Made by a program: the position numbers and the translations under genes. 11,455 nucleotides of DNA from Oculatellaceae cyanobacterium bins.114. Its GTDB lineage: Bacteria; Cyanobacteriota; Cyanobacteriia; Elainellales; Elainellaceae. The DNA lies in NCBI GenBank assembly GCA_033764315.1, contig JANRJA010000047.1, positions 1 to 11,455 on the forward strand. Reading direction: 5' to 3'. The notes beneath the pieces were generated by a model. That model did no database searches. It was not told where the DNA came from and worked only from the letters and a program-made list of their open reading frames with translations. The stretch's first letter is position 1. Every line of letters starts with the position of its first letter. Positions 7,371 to 11,455 of this stretch are shown one piece after another.

Positions 7371-7452
7371 TGAACTGCTGAGAGAATCTGCTTCCGGGGC
7401 TTTACCCACCTTGCGGCTTGTGCTGTAGCCGTTTCGTATCTCTATAGTTAAT

Positions 7453-7481
7453 ATATTAGCTGATTCGGCTAATTAAATCAA
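7453..7481 (-). promoter_or_regulatory. Leftward promoter (PL-like) overlapped by a 17-bp operator
   Basis: Minus strand TTGATT-taa-TTAGCCGAATCAGC-TAATAT with a 17-nt spacer. Operator at 7456-7472; an extra half-site ATCAGCTAA at 7485-7493. Confidence 0.85.
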
Positions 7482-7532
7482 TTTATCAGCTAATATAATT
7501 ACCCTTTCGACTTCTCTGTTAATTGAACCCAT

Positions 7533-7567
7533 AAAAAAGAACCCCACCAGACGCATCTAGCAGGGGC
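7533..7567 (-). terminator. Intrinsic terminator after the XRE gene
   Basis: Minus strand GCCCCTGCTAGA-TGCG-TCTGGTGGGGT-TCTTTTTT, an imperfect stem followed by a U-tract. Confidence 0.65.
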
Positions 7568-7595
7568 ATAAATCAAGTTGACATGAGCAACCCGA

Positions 7596-7844
7596 TCAGG
7601 GGTCTGGTTGCTCCTCTTCGTAGCGTAGAAGCTCTCCCGGCTGGCACTTCAACACTCGGCACAATTTCTCTAATGTCTCTCGATCCAGTCGGGGCGGCAT
7701 TTCAAATGTATTTTTCAACTTGTTCACAGTGACATGGTGCAGTCCAGCGGCTTCTGCCACTTGGCGGTAGGACATTTCTCGGTCTGCCATTACAGCGGCA
7801 AGTCGCCATTTAATTGGCATCTGCTTACTCATTAGTTGCTTCAT
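7596..7844 (-). CDS. XRE/Cro-C1-type HTH repressor (HTH_26-like)
   Basis: IKWRLAAVMADREMSYRQVAEAAGLHHVTVNKL...RLDRETLEKLCRVLKCQPGELLRY; HTH only, with no peptidase domain. Confidence 0.92.
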   Translation of the reverse strand: MKQLMSKQMPIKWRLAAVMADREMSYRQVAEAAGLHHVTVNKLKNTFEMPPRLDRETLEKLCRVLKCQPGELLRYEEEQPDP

Positions 7845-7923
7845 CTTTCACCTTAGCCTTTTCAACTAAATTAGTCGATACTACTGTCGCTTTAAGCATA
7901 ACGGAGAAATAACAGCCGAATCA

Positions 7924-7952
7924 TTGATTATCTTAGCCGAATCAGCTAAGAT
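7924..7952 (+). promoter_or_regulatory. Rightward promoter (PR-like) overlapped by the same 17-bp operator
   Basis: TTGATT-atc-TTAGCCGAATCAGC-TAAGAT with a 17-nt spacer. The operator at 7933-7949 is the exact reverse complement of 7456-7472. The palindrome extends over 7927-7955, and a partial copy AGCCGAATCA lies at 7914-7923. Confidence 0.85.
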
Positions 7953-7973
7953 AATAGTTGTAAAGGCTAAACT

Positions 7974-7993
7974 CCTTCACAAACAAAACCACA
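7974..7993 (+). repeat. Start-associated leader motif, copy 5 (opposite strand)
   Basis: CCTTCACAAACAAAACCACA-aagg-ATG(7998). Confidence 0.8.
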
Positions 7994-7997
7994 AAGG

Positions 7998-8534
7998 ATG
8001 GACATCATGAGTCGGACATTGATTGATATTTCTCAGGATTTGCTGGAACTGGAAGCGGATTTGGAGAATCTGGAAGGGTTGCCCCAGGAGCAGGTGGAGG
8101 AATTGAAACTCTGGTTTGAAGAGTTGCAGGAGGAGCATCGGGAGGCACGCGATCGCAAGCTGGACAATTATGCTGCTTTGATCGCTGATCTGAGTGCCCG
8201 TGCTGAAGCTCGTCGGAATGAGGCGAAACGGTTGATGAGTCGTGCCCAAACCGATGAGGGTAAGGTGCGATCGCTCAAGTCGATGCTGCAATGGTTCTTT
8301 GCTCAACATGGCTATACGACAATCGAAACGGATCGTTATCGGTTAACGCTGGCAAATAGCGGCGGTAAGGCTCCTCTGTTGCTAGATGAGATGCCGATTG
8401 ATGACTTTCCGCCGCAGTTTGTGAAGGTGCTTCGGGAACCAGATAAGGACGCGATCCGCGAGGCGTTGGAAACGGGACAAGAGTTGGACTTTGCTCGATT
8501 GGGTGAGCGGCAGCAGTCCATCCGGATCAAGTAA
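7998..8534 (+). CDS. Siphovirus Gp157 family protein
   Basis: Acidic coiled-coil N-terminus, KLDNYAALI..L.A.AEARRNEAKRL, and C-terminal EPDKDAIREALETG...ARL.ERQQSIRIK. The start could alternatively be 8007. Confidence 0.88.
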   Translation: MDIMSRTLIDISQDLLELEADLENLEGLPQEQVEELKLWFEELQEEHREARDRKLDNYAALIADLSARAEARRNEAKRLMSRAQTDEGKVRSLKSMLQWFFAQHGYTTIETDRYRLTLANSGGKAPLLLDEMPIDDFPPQFVKVLREPDKDAIREALETGQELDFARLGERQQSIRIK

Positions 8535-8541
8535 TTCAACG

Positions 8542-8564
8542 GGTAGGGGGGCTAACCCCTTACC
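8542..8564 (+). other. Intergenic GC-rich hairpin
   Basis: GGTAGGGGG-GCTAA-CCCCTTACC, a 9-bp stem with one G-U pair and no U-tract. Confidence 0.5.
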
Positions 8565-8597
8565 TCCTCTGATCCTTTACCTCTTTTATCGTCCATC

Positions 8598-9113
8598 ATG
8601 AACCAAGCTACTTTAGCCCAACCAAGTTCTGAGCCAGCGATCGAGAAGCCATTATTCAAACCCTTTAAACGAGCGATCGTGGATATTCTGGCTGACCTTG
8701 CCAAACCTGTTCCCGATCGCTTCCTCGATACTCGCCAGCAAGGCGGCGCAACCCTGACTTATATTCCCTGGTACACTGTAGCGAAGTTGCTCGATTACTA
8801 TGCTCCTGGTTGGGAAGGGATGGTGACAGGGATGCACACGACGGGCGATCGACTCTTTGTTACTTACCGCATTTCGATCCATGCTGAAGAGGGCACCTTT
8901 ACCCGTGAGGCAACGGGAACGGAGTTGCTGAAGGAAGACAAACCGATTAAGCAAAACGGCAAAGTCTTAAAAGATGAACACGGCAACTCAATCACGAAAC
9001 GAGTTGAACTTGCTTATGGCGATCCCTCTTCCAATGCTGAGAGTATGGCGTTTCGTAGAGCAGCCGCTAAGTTTGGGTTAGGGTTGCATCTGTATGAGAA
9101 GGACGATCGTTAA
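8598..9113 (+). CDS. Rad52/Rad22-like single-strand annealing protein
   Basis: LTYIPWYTVAKLLDYYAPGWEG...REATGTE...YGDPSSNAESMAFRRAAAKFGLGLHLY; adjacent to Gp157 as in phage recombination modules. Confidence 0.88.
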   Translation: MNQATLAQPSSEPAIEKPLFKPFKRAIVDILADLAKPVPDRFLDTRQQGGATLTYIPWYTVAKLLDYYAPGWEGMVTGMHTTGDRLFVTYRISIHAEEGTFTREATGTELLKEDKPIKQNGKVLKDEHGNSITKRVELAYGDPSSNAESMAFRRAAAKFGLGLHLYEKDDR

Positions 9114-9163
9114 CTTTATTCATCTACAGATTTTGCCTGTACCTCCTACCACTAACACTCATA

Positions 9164-10129
9164 TCAAAATAACAAAGACGGTATGGGATCATTGGTGATC
9201 GCTTGAATCCCAGGATAGAGGTTTTGAAAATAGGGACGTTGAGCAAATAAAGCTTCTAGTTGCTTGCTGGTTAAGCACAAAATTTCAACACCACTAACCG
9301 TTTGGAATGATGCACCACACTCCAATGGAAAGCGTGACCAGCCAATTTGGGAATTACGCGCTAACTCCAACCTCTCCTTAAATGACATCGCTTTTACAGC
9401 CTGCCGCATTGCATCATACTCAGGCATTGGAATTGACGTTTGGGTGCCAAATCGGTTTTCAGTCACCACCTCATACATGCTTGGATTGTGCATAAGCCGT
9501 TCTCCAAACAATGGAATTAAGAGCACTTCAATCCCGTTGCAGCGGGTGCGCCAAAAAGCTTCTGACGGACCTCGAACAACCTCCACCCATCTAATCAAAC
9601 TGTTTGGTTTTCGGTTGATGGCTTGCAAGCTTTTCCGAACTACACCTGTGACAGCCCGCGTCTCTGTAGAAGCAGACAAATACCCTAAAACAACCTTCTT
9701 CAACTGCTGCTCATTCGACGGGCAAATCCCAAAGCCAATTACTCGTTCGTTTAACTTTGTCAGGGACACCTTAAACATTTGAAAGCTCGGTATAAGCTTT
9801 CGTTTTGGAATTTTGGTTTGATTGAGAGCAGGGCAATAATAGTCAATGTATTGGCGTTCTAAATCATTCAGTTGGTTTTGGTTGCAACTGAGCCAAAACA
9901 ATTTCACTTCATACCGTCGATTGATTGCTTCAAGTTGAGGTAGGCGATGGTGGTTGCCCTGCCATCGATTTCTTAGATTTGTAGCTTGCCCCACGTAGAG
10001 AACATAATCACGGGCGATCGCAAAGTAAATTGCTGAACATTCTGGCAATTGGGATCTCTGTGTCAGTGTTAGAAATGGAAATGTACTAAATTCCTGCATT
10101 ACCTTCTCAAGCAGCTTTATCATCGACAC
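9164..10129 (-). CDS. GIY-YIG nuclease domain protein with an uncharacterised C-terminal region
   Basis: SAIYFAI...VLYVGQATNLRNRW...LERQYIDYYCPALN within the first ~105 aa. Start uncertain (10129 GTG, 10123 or 10099). Confidence 0.82.
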   Translation of the reverse strand: MSMIKLLEKVMQEFSTFPFLTLTQRSQLPECSAIYFAIARDYVLYVGQATNLRNRWQGNHHRLPQLEAINRRYEVKLFWLSCNQNQLNDLERQYIDYYCPALNQTKIPKRKLIPSFQMFKVSLTKLNERVIGFGICPSNEQQLKKVVLGYLSASTETRAVTGVVRKSLQAINRKPNSLIRWVEVVRGPSEAFWRTRCNGIEVLLIPLFGERLMHNPSMYEVVTENRFGTQTSIPMPEYDAMRQAVKAMSFKERLELARNSQIGWSRFPLECGASFQTVSGVEILCLTSKQLEALFAQRPYFQNLYPGIQAITNDPIPSLLF

Positions 10130-10166
10130 GCAATTGTCGCTTCTGTCGTCGCCCCTGCCAATTCCA

Positions 10167-10676
10167 CTACTGCCCAGGACGAAAATTACGGGTAAAGTTC
10201 ATCCATTGGTCTACTTTAGTTCCAGTAATATTCAGGATTGGAATTCCACCTGTTCTCCTACTTGAGTTTCCGCCTTCCTCACTGCTGAAGGAAATTGTGG
10301 TATTTTCCATCTTGCCTAACCCGTAAGCAGAAGCTATGTCTGCTGCAAGACGGCAAGAAATCTGAAATCGACCCATTGGAATGCTCCCATTCCCAGCCCT
10401 GTAGCTCCAGGTCGTTCCTCCACTAATTCGCCCCATTTCACACATGTGGTGAGTCACTTCAAACATCTTGGCAACATGCACATCGTAGATTCGCAATTTG
10501 CCACCATAAGCTGGGCGAGTCGTGTTTGGATCAGGCACCGTTAGGCTATACATTTCCTCAGCCGTCGAAATAGTCATTGGTAAAGCAGTATTTTGGGCAG
10601 ATGTAGGCGAAACTGCTGCCAGTGCAGAAACCAATGCCGTACCAAACAGCAACCCGAACTGACGACACAAACTCAT
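10167..10676 (-). CDS. Hypothetical exported protein
   Basis: N-terminal Arg, a hydrophobic stretch (FGLLFGTALVSALAAVS) and a plausible TSA/Q cleavage site. Confidence 0.7.
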   Translation of the reverse strand: MSLCRQFGLLFGTALVSALAAVSPTSAQNTALPMTISTAEEMYSLTVPDPNTTRPAYGGKLRIYDVHVAKMFEVTHHMCEMGRISGGTTWSYRAGNGSIPMGRFQISCRLAADIASAYGLGKMENTTISFSSEEGGNSSRRTGGIPILNITGTKVDQWMNFTRNFRPGQ

Positions 10677-10773
10677 GCTGAATGCCTCAAGTGGTGAAAC
10701 TATGTCTAGAATTCCCTACTCAAGAAGTATTCGCACAATTTCCACTCTGAAAGTGCTGAGCGTTGACAATTTC

Positions 10774-11367
10774 TTACCCCGACATTTCATCGCGCTTGAA
10801 GCTAGTTGGAGCAGGCATTCCCAGTTCATCCAACTTGAATTTATCTGTTAGCCCAAAGCCATATTTGTGGACAATGGCGATCGCAGCATTCAGATCACTG
10901 CCCCACAATTCCGATGATTGTCTTCCTAATGCCACCGCTAACTGAGTCATCGCCGCCGCATCCCGAAAACCCCACTTAGCAGGCTTAATTACCGTCCTCC
11001 CATCTTCAGATACTTCTTTGGTCGTCAGAGGAAACTGCAACATCTTTTCTGCCTTTGCCATGAGTGCCTGACTCATCTCCCATTGCTTCTCGCGCATCTG
11101 TCGCCGCCGCTCCTGCCAAACTAAATCTTCCTGGTCGCGCTGGTGCTGATCCCAGCTATTCGCCCTTTCCTTCCATTGCCATTTATTTGATGCTTCTCGC
11201 CATGCACCTGACAAAGATTGACTGAGCTTTTTTGAGCCTTTTTGAGCTTCTTCCTGGTTGAGGCAGCCTAAAAGCGATCGTCCACTCCCCATCAGTAAGT
11301 AGCGATGAAATCGCCCATACCAGCGATCCGGTTCCTCCGGTTGTTGCACCCAAGTCGGTTCAATCAT
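10774..11367 (-). CDS. Putative terminase small subunit-like protein
   Basis: W.QQPEEP..WY.RF..YL.MG.GRSL...W...S.KWQWKERA..WD followed by a charged helix, resembling a phage HTH family usually found upstream of large terminases. Recognised from memory, not from a search. Confidence 0.6.
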   Translation of the reverse strand: MIEPTWVQQPEEPDRWYGRFHRYLLMGSGRSLLGCLNQEEAQKGSKKLSQSLSGAWREASNKWQWKERANSWDQHQRDQEDLVWQERRRQMREKQWEMSQALMAKAEKMLQFPLTTKEVSEDGRTVIKPAKWGFRDAAAMTQLAVALGRQSSELWGSDLNAAIAIVHKYGFGLTDKFKLDELGMPAPTSFKRDEMSG

Positions 11368-11455
11368 GAATCAATCCCTCAGCAGTTAGGGCATTGTGAA
11401 CCACCGTTCTTAACCAGTCTGACCGATTTGGCAGCGATCGCACGACTTCATCATC
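11360..11455 (-). CDS. C-terminal part of a small ribbon-helix-helix-like protein (partial)
   Basis: Manual translation ...DDEVVRSLPNRSDWLRTVVHNALTAEGLIHD*; its stop overlaps the start of the next gene (ATGATTGA). Confidence 0.55.
   Translation of the reverse strand, partial: DDEVVRSLPNRSDWLRTVVHNALTAEGLIHD

Larger units (their letters stand above)
2382..11455. mobile_element. Prophage- or phage-satellite-like integrative element, extending beyond the window
   Basis: Bounded by the tRNA fragment; contains an XRE switch with divergent promoters plus Gp157, Rad52-like, UvrD-like and TerS-like genes. Confidence 0.75.

Noticed and set aside
7347..7409. N-terminal extension of the 7131..7409 ORF
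   Set aside because: It translates through the non-coding leader motif; the ATG at 7346 matches the motif-to-start spacing seen at the other genes.
6132..7993. CRISPR array or integron attC array
   Set aside because: The repeats are degenerate, non-palindromic, separated by whole genes and present on both strands; there are no cas genes and no attC core structure.
7977..10945. ORFs 7977..8309, 8336..8539, 8652..8954, 9264..9782 and 10763..10945
   Set aside because: Antisense overlaps of the Gp157, Rad52-like, GIY-YIG and TerS-like genes, with no independent support.

Overview
Cyanobacterial accessory DNA (at least 11 HIP1 octamers, GCGATCGC) spanning the junction of two integrative elements, with a 3' fragment of tRNA-Thr(GGT) at 2335-2381 as the att core. 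Left of it is a decaying element: a truncated tyrosine integrase, a MITE-like element, a broken AT-rich ORF, and two related IS5/ISL2-type IS copies head-to-head, one apparently inserted into the end of the other. Right of it is a prophage- or satellite-like element. This element carries (i) a coupled three-gene cargo operon (STAS-like+RsbW-like HATPase, STAS-like DUF4325-type protein, PIN nuclease) with its own candidate promoter, a possible phospho-switch toxin/defence system; (ii) an XRE repressor between two outward-facing, near-identical promoters that share a 17-bp operator; (iii) a leftward operon (small ORFs, DUF3768, GIY-YIG, UvrD-like helicase) and a rightward operon (Gp157, Rad52-like), five of whose genes are preceded by a repeated CCTTTCACAAACAAAATCAC leader motif; and (iv) a minus-strand block with a terminase-small-subunit-like gene that has no large terminase downstream. 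Family assignments come from motif recognition only; no searches were run.
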